A stretch of DNA of 64,000 nt from Pristiophorus japonicus (lineage: Eukaryota). How positions within the stretch are numbered: position 1 is the stretch's first letter; the number at the start of each line of letters is the position of its first letter. The stretch spans positions 22,320,001 through 22,384,000 of the forward strand of contig NC_091980.1 of NCBI RefSeq assembly GCF_044704955.1. Reading direction: 5' to 3'. Below the pieces are notes generated by a model. The model had not been told where the DNA came from. It searched no databases and saw nothing but the letters and a program-made list of their open reading frames with translations. A program made the position numbers and the translations under genes. Below, one piece after another: positions 12,504 to 23,495 of the stretch.

Positions 12504-15262
12504 ACCCTCCTGGGCAACTTTAACACCAGAGTTGGAAAGGACACAGAGCTCTGGGGAGGCGTGATTGGCAGGGAGGCTGTAGGGAACAGCAACTGCAACG
12601 GTACCCTTCTCCTGACGAAATGCTGAGAACATGGCCTTTTCATAAATAACACCTTGTTCCATCAGAAAGACAAGTATAAAGCTTCATGGCAGCACCCTTG
12701 CTCCAAACACTGGCATCTGCTAGACCAAGTCATCGTCCGAGCGAGAGACTGCAAAGACGTGCGCATCACCTGCGCCATGACAGGAGCTGATGACTGCTGG
12801 ATGGACCACTGCCTAATCCGCTCTGTCATCACCATCAACGTAGCCCCAAAACAGCGATGACAACAGAAACAATGCCGCAGGAAAATCAAAGCTGGACTAC
12901 TCCAAGACCCTGCTAAGTAAGCCCTATTCAGACAACACCTCACTGCCAACCTCAAGAATCCCAGCGATGCAGAGATACAGAATGTCCACAGTGCCTGGTC
13001 TGCCCTCAAGGCCTCCATAATTCGCACCTGTGAAGAGACGCTCGATGACTCGACTAAGAAACACCAACTGGTTCGACGAGAACGACCAGGAGATCCAGGA
13101 GCTAATAAGCATCAAGTGGAAGGCATTCTTGAACTGGAAACAGCATCACAACTCGAGAGCAAGAAAACAGTTCTACCGACGTCTGAAGGCCAAGGTCCAA
13201 CAAAAAACTTGCAACCTAAAGAGCAGATGGTGGGTGGAGAAAGCACAGGAGATCCAACAATTAGCTGACAACCATGACATGCATGGGTTCATCAGCGCAG
13301 TCAAGACCATCTACGGCCCAAGCACCCAAGGCCCTATCCCACTGAGGGCCAAGAACAAAGAGGTGCTCATCAAGGACAGAGAGGCAGCCAGTGCCCACTG
13401 GAAGGAGCACTTCAAAGATCTCCTCAACTAAGACTCTGTCTTCAATGTGAGTGTTGTCGACTCCATCCCACAGCACGCTACCTGCCACCACCTCAGCACA
13501 ACCCCAGCCAGCATGAAATTGAAAAGGCCATCCAACAACTGAAAAACAACAAGGCCTCAGGAGCAGATGGAATCCCCGCTGAAGCACTAAAGCATGGTGG
13601 AGAAGCACTATTGGCGCAAATACATGATCTCATTTCTCTCATTTGGAAGGGAAGGTGGAGAGTATGACAGGACATCTCAGAGAGATGGTAATCGTGACCA
13701 TCTTCAAGAAAGGCGACAAGTCCAATTGCGGTAGCTGTGGAGGAATCTCCCTCTTGTCTGCCATAGGGAAAATCATCGCAAGAATCCTCCTCAATCGCCT
13801 TCTCCCTTTGGCTGAAGAGCTCCTCCCAGAGGTGCAATGTGGATTCCGCCCACTAAGGGGCATAATGTACATGATCTTCACCATGCCACCAAGAGTCATG
13901 CAGGGAACAGCACCAACCCCTGTACATGGCCTTTTTTTTAACTCACAAAGGCCTTCGACACTTTCAACCATGCAGGATTATGGAGCATCCTCCTCAAATT
14001 CAGCTGCCATCAAAAGTTTGTCACCATCCTTCGCCTGCTTCACGACGACATGCAAGCCGTGATCCTGACCCAATTCACATTCGAACCGGAGTCAAGCAAG
14101 GCAGTGTCACTGCACCAACGCTCTTCTCGATCTCCCTTGCTGCAATGCTCCATCTCACCCTCAGTAAGTTGCTCGCTGGAGTGGATCTAATCTACAGAAC
14201 AAACGGGAAACTGTTCAACCTCCGCCGCCTCCAGGCCGGATCCAAGGTCATCCCGTCCTCTGTCGCTAAAATACCAGACAATGCTTGCTTCAGCGCAAAA
14301 TCAGAGGTCGAACTCCAAGCCATCGTCAACACATTCACCAAGGCATACGAGAGCATGGGCCTTACACTAAACATCCGTAAGACGAAGGTCCTCTGCCAAC
14401 CTGCCCTCGCCACACAGCACTGCTCCCCAATTATAAAATCCATGATGAGGCCTTGGACAACGTGGACCATTTTCCATACCTCGGGAGCTTACAGTCAACA
14501 AGGGCAGACAACGATGACGAAGTCCAACTCCGCCTTCAGTGTGCCAGTGCAGCCTTCAGTCGGCTGAGGAAGAGTGTGTTTGAAGATCAGGACTTCAAAC
14601 CCAGCACCAAGCTCATGGTCTACAGAGCAGTAGTGATACCCGCCCTCCTATATGCTTCAGAGACATGTACTATGTACAGCAGGCTATGCAAAGCACTGGA
14701 GAAGTACCACCAACGCTGCCTCCGCAAGATCCTGAAAATGCTTTGGCAGATAGACGCACCAACATCAGTGTTCTCGCTCAGACCAACATCCCCAGCATCG
14801 AAGCACTGAACACACTCGATCAGCTCCGTTGGGCGGGCCACGTCATCCGCACGAGACTCCCAAAACAAGCACTCTACTCGGAGCTCCGACACGGCACGCG
14901 GGCCCCAGGTGGGCAGAGGAAATGCTTCAAGGACACCCTCAAAGCATCCTTGAAAAAGTGCAACATCCCCACCGACACCTGGGAATCCCTGGCCCAAGAC
15001 CGCTCAAACTAGAGGAGAAGCATCCGGGAAGGCGCCAGACACCTCAAGTCTGTATGGCGGGAGCTGAAGCCAAGCATAAACAGCAGAAGGAGCATGCAGC
15101 AACCCAGGCACCACACCCACCCGTCCCATCCACCACTGCCTGCCCTACCTGTGACAGAGACTGTCGATCCCGCATCAGACTCATCAGTCACCTGAGAACT
15201 CATTTTTAGTGTGGAAGCAAATCATCCTCGACTCCGAGGGACTGCCTAAGAAGAAGAAGAAG
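12504..15262 (+). mobile_element. RTE/BovB-like LINE, 5'-truncated, frameshifted ORF2
   Basis: HWHLLD endonuclease end, KASGADGIP, GISLLS, QCGFR, GVKQG, FPYLGS, QLRWAGHV, C-terminal CPTC..SH; (AAG)n tail. Confidence 0.93.
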
Positions 15263-15585
15263 AACTTCCTCCAGCCCAACAAACCCTCCGAGATCTCTGC
15301 GCTCCTCTAATTCTGGCCTCTTGAGCATCCCTGATCTAATTGCTCCACCATTGACGGCCGTGCCTTCCGCCGCCTAGACACTGAGCTCTGGAACTCCCTG
15401 CCTAAACCTTTCCACCTCTCTACCTCCTCTCTTTGCTCCTTTAAGATGCTCCTTAAAATCTCATCTGCCCTAACATCTCCTTATGTGGCTCAGTCTCAAA
15501 CATTTTTCATGACACACCTGTGAAGCACCTTGGGATGGTTTATTACTTTAAAGGCGTTATATAAATACAAATTGATTTTGTTATA
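15263..15585 (+). mobile_element. L2 3' end (continuation after the RTE)
   Basis: Collinear with the other L2 3' ends; tail aaaggcgttatataaatac. Confidence 0.8.
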
Positions 15586-16821
15586 ATTCCAACAAATCTG
15601 AAACACCAACACAAAAGGTACCATTTTGCTCCTGGTACAGTGGTATCACGTTATAACAATTAAAATCTGCGTCCCAAAGCAAGCAGCCCACCTCGTAGTA
15701 CGTTGCAGCATTTTGCAATTGTTTACAGTGACCACTGCTGTTCATCTGTATTGATCACTCTAGTGGCAGTTTCCCATTAACATAGTGGCAATATAGTTAA
15801 TCTGCACAATCCAGCACATGAATGAGCAATGGCTTTACTGCTGAGCTGCTAATTGTCCTAAATTTATGGCTGCATATGGTGATTCCGTCATTCACAGCCA
15901 GAATGGAGATGATTGACTAATTGCCATACTGCTCTAAGTAACTGGGATTGATTTTGCGCGCATAATTTTTTATATAACTATACTTCAGTCGCTGCATTAT
16001 GCTGGAGACATCACCCTGCTTTTAACAAGAGGTGTTGCTCTACAGGAGTCTGTTCGCTCCACTTCACAGATATTTTTGTAAACTAGAGTCTGTAGACTGT
16101 TTGCTGTTTAAATAGACTCTGTTTGCTGAGTAAATATAATATTTGCTATGAATCCTGCCCTAAATCCTGTCCCACCTCCAACTCAATGACTAGCACAGTG
16201 GTGCGGAATAAACACATTAACTTATTGCTGTACCTGTAAAAGATGTGGAGGATATTTCAATGACGACCTGCTGATCAATGCTGCTCAGCAGTCGCCAACA
16301 ACTAAACAATGCTCCAATTAGAACGTTGGTTTTGTGTTGAGAACCAAGGACGGAATACATTAAAAATACTAACATTTTGACAGCACACTGGGTGAAGAAG
16401 CTGAGCAGTAATTTAACCAGCTGTTTAAATTGGTGATGTGGGCTGAAGAGGATGTTTATCGATACTGTATGCAATGTGGATCATAGAATCAGCAATACAC
16501 CTTCCATTACACAAAAGTCAGTTAGTTACAGGATTCTGGCTTATATTGCCAAATCAGTTGAGTTCAATTGGTCCCCAAATGGCCTACTCCTGCTCCTATT
16601 TCTTATGTTCTTAATTCCCCAGAAGTCACATTGAAGCCATAGAATGTCCTGGTCAGACTACACCTGCGGTACTGTGTGCAGTACAGCTCATTGCAACATA
16701 AGGACATAAGGGAACAATTCAGGCCCCAAAGGCAATACAGAGCAGAGTAACTGGTCTGCAACAGAGAAAGACAATCGATGCTAAATGAAAGGATTCTTAG
16801 CGAAAGCAAACATTAAATAAT

Positions 16822-17578
16822 GGGCCTGAATTTGCGCTTCCCACAGGCGTGTACAAGGAACGCACACGCCCGTGGGATCGCCGCAAGTTGCGGGTTTAGG
16901 TATGTGAAGCGCGCGTGTCTAAACCTGGACCTTGCATCCTGTCAAGAATTCTCTTGATAGATCCACCGCATCTGAAACTAACGGGCCTCCGCGGGCAGAG
17001 AGTTAGGCTATTTGCCCAACTCCTGCCCAGCAAATATCCTTCAAATTCTTACAACTGATAAAAAGCAGGCGTAAGGCCTGCTTTTATCAGTGTAAGACTT
17101 TTTTAAAGTACTGAAAAATACATTTAAAAAAATAATTTAAACATTTAAAATCCTGTTAAATAAGATTAGTTTATATTTAGACCCGTTAAAATATGTAAAT
17201 TTATTTTTCAAAAAATTAAATTTTGGTTTTAAATAATTAATTAAATTCCATTTTTATTAAGTTGAAATATGTGATTTTTTTTAAAAGTTATTTACGGTGT
17301 TTCTGTGTTTTTGGGGGTATTCCCATTCATACTTATGGTGATTCCATACATACTAAATTACCATAAGTATGAATGGGGATCCCCCTATTCTGATAGGTTG
17401 GGCCGGCCCATGTGATCCCAGTGATGCGTACAAAACCCATATGGTCCTGGGATACGTGGGTCCCCACACAGGCCTTCACGTAGAGCCCCTGGACCACTAG
17501 TCTCCGAAACCTCTGGGACCACCAGGTACTTTCGTAGAAAATTTGCATTCGGAAGTCTCTGGCCGCATAATCTGGGCT
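16822..17578. mobile_element. Putative Harbinger-type MITE with internal hairpins
   Basis: Starts GGGCCTGAATTTGCG; degenerate inverted end CGCATAATCTGGGCT (about 10/15 match); AT-rich core; three internal palindromes. Confidence 0.55.
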
Positions 17579-17764
17579 GATACTTTCAGTAGAGAAGGGG
17601 GAAAATTTAGGAATTTGCTGAAGGGCGTTCTTCATCTTGTGGTGACTGTGAACGCATATTGGCATATTGGACTTGGAGGATATCATGCCTGCTATGCAAC
17701 CATTCAATTTACAGTAATGGATGGAAAATCAGGTGGCTGTGTAATAAGCTATATCGTCACTATT

Positions 17765-18024
17765 AAATCCAATAGGGAATTCTGGAGAAAATTCTTTACC
17801 CAGAGAGTAGTTAGAATGTGGAACTCATTAGCACAAGCGAATGGCATAGATCCATTTAAGGGGAAGCTAGATAAAGACATAAGGGGGAAAGGAATAGAAG
17901 GTTATGCTGATAGAGGTAGATGAAGAGGGATGGGAGAAGGCTTGTGTGGAGCATAAGTGCCAGCATGAACCAGTTGGGCCGAATGGCCTGTTTCTGTGCT
18001 GTACATTTTATGTAATTCTATGTA
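17765..18024 (+). mobile_element. CR1 3' end
   Basis: FFTQRVVRMWNSL; tail ggccgaatggcctg...attctatg. Confidence 0.85.
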
Positions 18025-18444
18025 TCCTCTGTGCCCAATATTCCAATGTGTATTTTTGTTATACAATGCTCTGCAACCCGAAAGATTTCAGCAGTAATTA
18101 TTTCAGCAGTACCTATGTCAAGGGTATGTTTAAAAATGATTGTGCTGTATTGCCGGCAGCACTATGTTGTCGTGCACATCAATACACATTCTACAGTGTG
18201 GTTATATAGCTGCACTTGAATATAAATTCCATTCCAGTGATCAGCCAGCAAGTAGTTATTATGTCAAGCACAGGTTCATATATGGGGCTGCCACCAACTC
18301 GATCCCATTTGGTAGGTATCTCATGTGTAAGGTCCTGATCTCATGTCTTTGTGCAAGTCCCATTTCTGTTGACAAACAACTCATTTCTGAATTGAAGAAG
18401 TGTTGGCCTTGTGAATAGGATTCCACCGTGGATTGTGTGCATGT

Positions 18445-18906
18445 AAAGAAAGAAAGACTTGCACTTATATAGCACCTTTCACGACCACGAGACGTCTCAA
18501 TGCGCTTTACAGCCAATTAATTGCTTTTGGAGTGTAGTCACTTTATAATATAGGAAACGCGGCAGCCAATTTGCGCACAGCAAATTCCCACAAACAGCAA
18601 TGTAATTATGACTAGATAATCTGTATTTAGTGATGTTGGTTGAGGGATAAATTTTGGCCAGGAAACTAGGGAGAACTCCCCGTGCTCTTCTTCAAAATAG
18701 TGCCTTGGGGTTCTTTACATCCACCTGAGAGGGCCTCGGTTTAATATCTCATCCAAAGGACAGCAACTTGGACAGTGCAGCACTCCCTCAGCATGACACC
18801 AGAGCATCTGCCTAGATTATTGTGCTTAAGTTCCTGGAGTGAGGCTTGAACACACAACTTTCTGGCACAGAGTTAAGAGTGCTACCCACTGAGCCACAGC
18901 TGACAC
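18445..18906 (-). mobile_element. Deu-domain SINE, near full length
   Basis: Reverse complement homologous to 6455-6886, including the tRNA-like head. Confidence 0.85.
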
Positions 18907-19000
18907 CTAATTGTACAGCAAAATTAAATCAGAGGTATCTCTCGGGTTCAGATGTAGGGGCAATATTGGAGTGATAGAATTAAAATATGTCAAAAATATA

Positions 19001-19631
19001 GGCCCTGATATTGGTGGCCTTACCACCCACTGCCGCCGACTGCCGCTAAGTTTTCCTGCCGTTTTCCTCTCACTCCCAGTTTCCACCGGGAGGGGAGCAC
19101 CACTGGGAACCGCCCGCCGATGTCCTCTCACGGCCAAGTCGCGTTAGTGGCCTCCCGCCCACCGAGATGCCAGATTGGTGCGGGAGTCGGCATTAGCAGG
19201 GGGATGGATCGCTGTGTGGAGGCTGTTCTTACCCCAACAGTAGGTATGAAGACATGGAAGAAAAGGTTAGTGAACATCTCTAAAAAAAATATGTTGACAG
19301 CAACTTACCTGGATTAGATCCCCTGAAGTTGTTCCGGTGTTTTTTGGGTTTTTTTGGTAATTTTTTTTTACTTTTCAGAGTTCCCCCCTCCCTGGGCCCA
19401 ACTCCATCCTCGGCAGCACTTGGGCGGCAAGTTCATTTGCCTCTGAGATTGAGAGCTCCTGCCCGCTGTCGCCCAGATTGGCGGCGTAAAGCCATTACTT
19501 TGCCGCCGGGCAGTACCACCACCTCTTTTGGAGGAAATTTTCAGGCAAAGTACCACCCGGTCTCTCGGCGGCCATCGGCGGTCCTTTGGTCAGCAAATGA
19601 GTGGGCCTTGCAGCTCATGAAAATCGGAGCC
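19001..19631. mobile_element. Harbinger-type MITE
   Basis: Imperfect TIRs GGCCCTGATATT / AAAATCGGAGCC; 3-bp TSD ATA on both sides; GCCGCC-rich subtermini. Confidence 0.65.
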
Positions 19632-20214
19632 ATAGTTATTAAAGAGGTCAGCTAGACCTAAAAAAAAATTGTTGCGGAAAAAACGTGCTGACGACAGAGC
19701 AAAAAGATCATCTGAGCTTAAGTGGGGGATGGGAAAAAGTTAAATGGCTGATCCCTAACCCTAGCTTGGTATCAATGTATGCTGTTCACTGGATTACAAA
19801 ACATAGTTTACGCAGATTGAGAAAAGAGCACAAACTATGGAGACCGTAAGAGAGCATAGAGGTAGTTCCAGTGAGCTGTTGCCAGATCCATACGAATATT
19901 TTAATCGGGCAGTATTGTAATTTGACTGGATTCCTCCTCTTGGTAACGTCGTGTGTTAGGTTCAGATGCGGAAAGATCCGGTTTCAAGATACCAACCTTA
20001 CCATTTTCACATGACAAAATCCAAGGCTGGAATTTTCCAGGGTGGTTGCCGGTGCGATCGGAGGCGGGTTGGATGGGAACGTTGATATTTTTGGGAGTGG
20101 GTTGAGAACCCGCCGTCATCCCACCCCCACGCACCTTTGCCATGGGCGCGCTTGTTGGCACGGCAGGGACTTGGGCAGCAGTGGCGGGCGACCTAAATGA
20201 AATCATCATAACTT

Positions 20215-20672
20215 TGTTGTCAGGCAAAATTAAAAAGGATATTAGGAATGCAAAGAGAGAGCATGAAAAATTCTTGGCTAGTAAAAACCCCAAGATGCTC
20301 TATAAATATATTAAGAGAAGAGGTTAACTAAAGAAAGGTTAGGGCCTATTAGAAACCATTAGGGTAATCTTTGTGTGGCGGAAGATGTTGGTAAGGTTTT
20401 TAACGAATACTTTGCACCTGTTTTCACAAAAGAAAGGAGCAATGCAGATACTGATATCGAGGAGGATTGTGATATTCTGGATGAAATAAATATCGTGAGA
20501 GAGGAAGTATTAAGGGGTTTAGCAGCTTTGAAAGTAGATAAGTCCCCAGGCCCAGATGATGTGCATCCCAGGCTGTTGAGCGAAGTAAAAGAGGAAATAG
20601 CAGCAGCCTTGACCATCACTTTCCAGTCCTCTTTGGATTTGGGCATGGTGCCGGAGGATTGGAGGGCTGCTG
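20215..20672 (+). mobile_element. Internal CR1 ORF2 fragment
   Basis: ORF 20375-20692 FNEYFAPVFT...KSPGPDDVHPRLL...PEDWR. Confidence 0.85.
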
Positions 20673-20675
20673 ATA

Positions 20676-21310
20676 AAAACATAAGAACATAAGAAATAGG
20701 AGCAGGAGTAGGCCATACGGCCCTTCGAGGTTGCTCCACCATTTAATACGACCATGGCTGATCTGATTATGTAGTCAAGTCCACTTCTCTGCCCACTCTC
20801 CATAACCCCTTATTCCCTTATCGTTTAAGAAACTGTCTATTTCTGTCTTAAATTTATTAAATGTCCCAGCTTCCACAACTCTCTGAGGCAGCGAATTCCA
20901 CAGTTCCACAACCCACTGAGAGAAGAAATTTCACCTTATCACAGTTTTAAATGGGCAGCCCCTTATTCTAAGATTATGCCAACTAGTTCTAATCTCCTCT
21001 ATCAGTGAAAACATCCTCTCCGCATCCACCCTGTCAAGCCCCCTCAGAATCTTATACGTTTCGATAAGATCACCTCTCATTCTTCTGAATCCCAATGAGT
21101 AGAGGCCCAACCTACTCAACCTTTCCTCATAAGTCAACGTCCTTATCTCCGGAATCAACTTTGTGAACCTTCTCTGAACAGTCTGCAAAGCAAGTATGTC
21201 CTTTCGTAAATATGGAAACCAAAACTGCACGCAGTATTTCAGGTGTGGCCTCATCAATACCCTGTACAACTGTAGCAAGAGTTCCCTGCTCTTATACTCC
21301 ATCCCCTTTG
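20676..21310 (-). mobile_element. CR1 3' fragment
   Basis: (ACATAAGA)n tail; MEYKSRELLLQLYRVL...RRMRGDLIETYK. Confidence 0.9.
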
Positions 21311-21482
21311 CGGCACTGCACCCAGTTCCTCCTGACCACATCCCTGCTGGTGACCTCCTCTGCAATGTGCAACCAAGCTGTTTTGATGTCCTAGGGAGGT
21401 CTCTTCTGCCCATTGAAAGGGAATAGGACCTCCCTGCATGCACGGAGAACCTCTTTACAGCCCTCTGCCTCTGTGCAGTCAT
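21310..21482 (-). pseudogene. Myb/SANT-like exon remnant of the 20025-21765 Harbinger
   Basis: Frameshifted translation R.RAVKRFS...REVLFP...AWLHIAEEVTSRDVVRRNWVQCRK matches the Harbinger Myb/SANT pattern. Confidence 0.7.
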
Positions 21483-22324
21483 TGTTAAAGTGTTTGCAGC
21501 ACTCCAATGCTGTAGTGCGCTGACAGCACTAAGTTACATTAACCTTCAAATGTAATGTGGCCGTGGCCCTTTAAAGATCCCAGCTGAAAATGCGTCACAA
21601 ATGATGTCACCATTTAATTTGGCTGGGTAACGCACAGGGCGGGTTTAATAAGCCCTATTAATATAAAGTCATTCTGTGGAGCGGGATGGAGCCAACAATG
21701 GGGTCGCGACCTGTCCCATGGCCACCACCCTCAATGCACCCGCCCAGGTAGGCAAAATTCCAGCCCAACTGTTTCTTCAGTGAGAAGTGTTTTCAAAGCA
21801 GTTTTTTTGCGTTCCTTGTAGGAGAGATTAAAAGATACCTTGGCGGGACATTCCTTGGAGCTGCTGCCAATCTGCCCATGTAACTTTGGCAGATGAGCGC
21901 CACCGATTACTGTTAATGCCAGAGGAACGGGAGCAACTCCAAGGAATTTTATGGGCTTTGTGGTTTTGATGCAAGAGGATGCTGTGTGCGCAGGTGACTC
22001 ATGAATGAAAATTCCTCAGCTCGGATTTTCCCAGAGGTGACATGATGTAGCTGAAATACTCAATAAATCCACCAGAACTGCAATACCAGAATGTGAAACT
22101 CAAGCCCTAATCACTATCTCCGACTGGATTATTTTCATTCTGGAAAACTGCCAGTTCTCGAATATATACAGTACAATGCCCAAGAGAAGCTTTAGTCGTG
22201 CAGCGTGCCTAATAACTCAACCAGCCAAAGATGGTGCAACTGGACATTGACAAAATATCTCAGGCTTTCGAAACAATATATCTGAAGGGAATGGAACACA
22301 AAATGCCAACATCAAAACACTAAC

Positions 22325-22600
22325 CAAAGCAAAATATCACAGATGCTGGAAATCTGGAATAAAAATGAAAAATGCTGGAAATACTCAGCATCTGTGGCAA
22401 GGGGAAGGTAGGTTTGATGATGTTTCATTAGAACTGGAAGATGTTACAGATGAACAGCTTATAGCCTTGAACATGGCCAGAGAAGAGGAGACGGGTAGAA
22501 AAAAGAAAAGCATGGCCTGCGATTAGGTTGACGCTAGAAATGATGATTGTGTACGACAAAAGGAGGCAATAATGAGAGAGTTTAAGATGTATCTGATACC
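22325..22600. mobile_element. Degenerate Penelope-like element terminus (tentative)
   Basis: cagatgctggaaatct...aatgctggaaatactcagc resembles, from memory, a common shark Penelope-type repeat end; no ORF evidence. Confidence 0.4.
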
Positions 22601-22711
22601 CAGAGGATATGTAAATGGCTACTGCAGAATAGCAAAAGAGAGCATTGGAGCAGGCGAGTCTAGTGGCAAATCCATGGATAAAGATTTCAGCAGCAGATGA
22701 GCTAAGGCAGC

Positions 22712-22903
22712 AAACATAATAACAGGAGGTCATTCAGCCACTCGAACCCATTCTGCCATTCAATGAGATCATGGCTGATCTATACCCTCCTTCCCTTATT
22801 ACCCTTGGCTAGCAAAAATCTATCAGTCTCAGATTTAAAATTATTTACTGAGTAACATCTAGTGCTTTTTGTGGGAGAAAGTTCTACATTTCTACCACCC
22901 TTC
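22712..22903 (-). mobile_element. Old CR1 3' end (target of Harbinger A)
   Basis: CR1 3' UTR ccattcaatgagatcatggctgatct; a CR1 of the same orientation resumes at about 33331. Confidence 0.7.
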
Positions 22904-23495
22904 CGGCTAGAATTTCAGGTTTTAGCGATTTCGCTCATTTTTGGGGGATAATCATGGTGAATATTTTTTTTATTGCTGGGTTACAGTTACCGCCAGAGTT
23001 CGCAAAATTCACCAAATGGCAAAGAGCGATAGCGAGAGTGATAGCAATAAATCCGGCGTTGCACAACAGAATTCATGCGCTGGAGCCGAAATTTGCGACC
23101 GAAAAAAAAAAAATTGAACATTCTGCGCATGCGCGAGTTTAAAAAAAAATGTTTTTGGCTTTTTTTTCTTCCTCCCGCGCTTCTGGTCAGTTGTCACACT
23201 GCGCATGCGCAGTACACCCACCACTGAATTAGCCATTTTTAGATTGTATTCACGATGGAAGGAGAAGGGAACAGGCAGCGAGGCAGAACGTTTAGCAATG
23301 AGGCCAACAAAGCCCTTGTCACTGCTGTGGCAAGGAGATTGGCGGAATTAAACAGTAGGCATGCAAGTAAACCCCTCCCAGCAGTTTCTCATCACATTTG
23401 GACCAGCATCACTGAGGAGGTGTCATATCGACGACATCCGAAAGAGCCACACCCAGTGCCGCAAGAGCTTCAATGACCATTGTAGGGTCATTAGA

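Larger units (their letters stand above)
20025..21765. mobile_element. Non-autonomous Harbinger with CR1 fragments inside
   Basis: Perfect 12-bp TIRs GGCTGGAATTTT (20025-20036) / AAAATTCCAGCC (21754-21765); TSD CAA. Confidence 0.85.

Noticed and set aside
20931-21482. 183-aa ORF apparently fusing Myb and LINE sequence
   Set aside because: Chance read-through across a CR1 5' junction; the Myb part is mostly out of frame.
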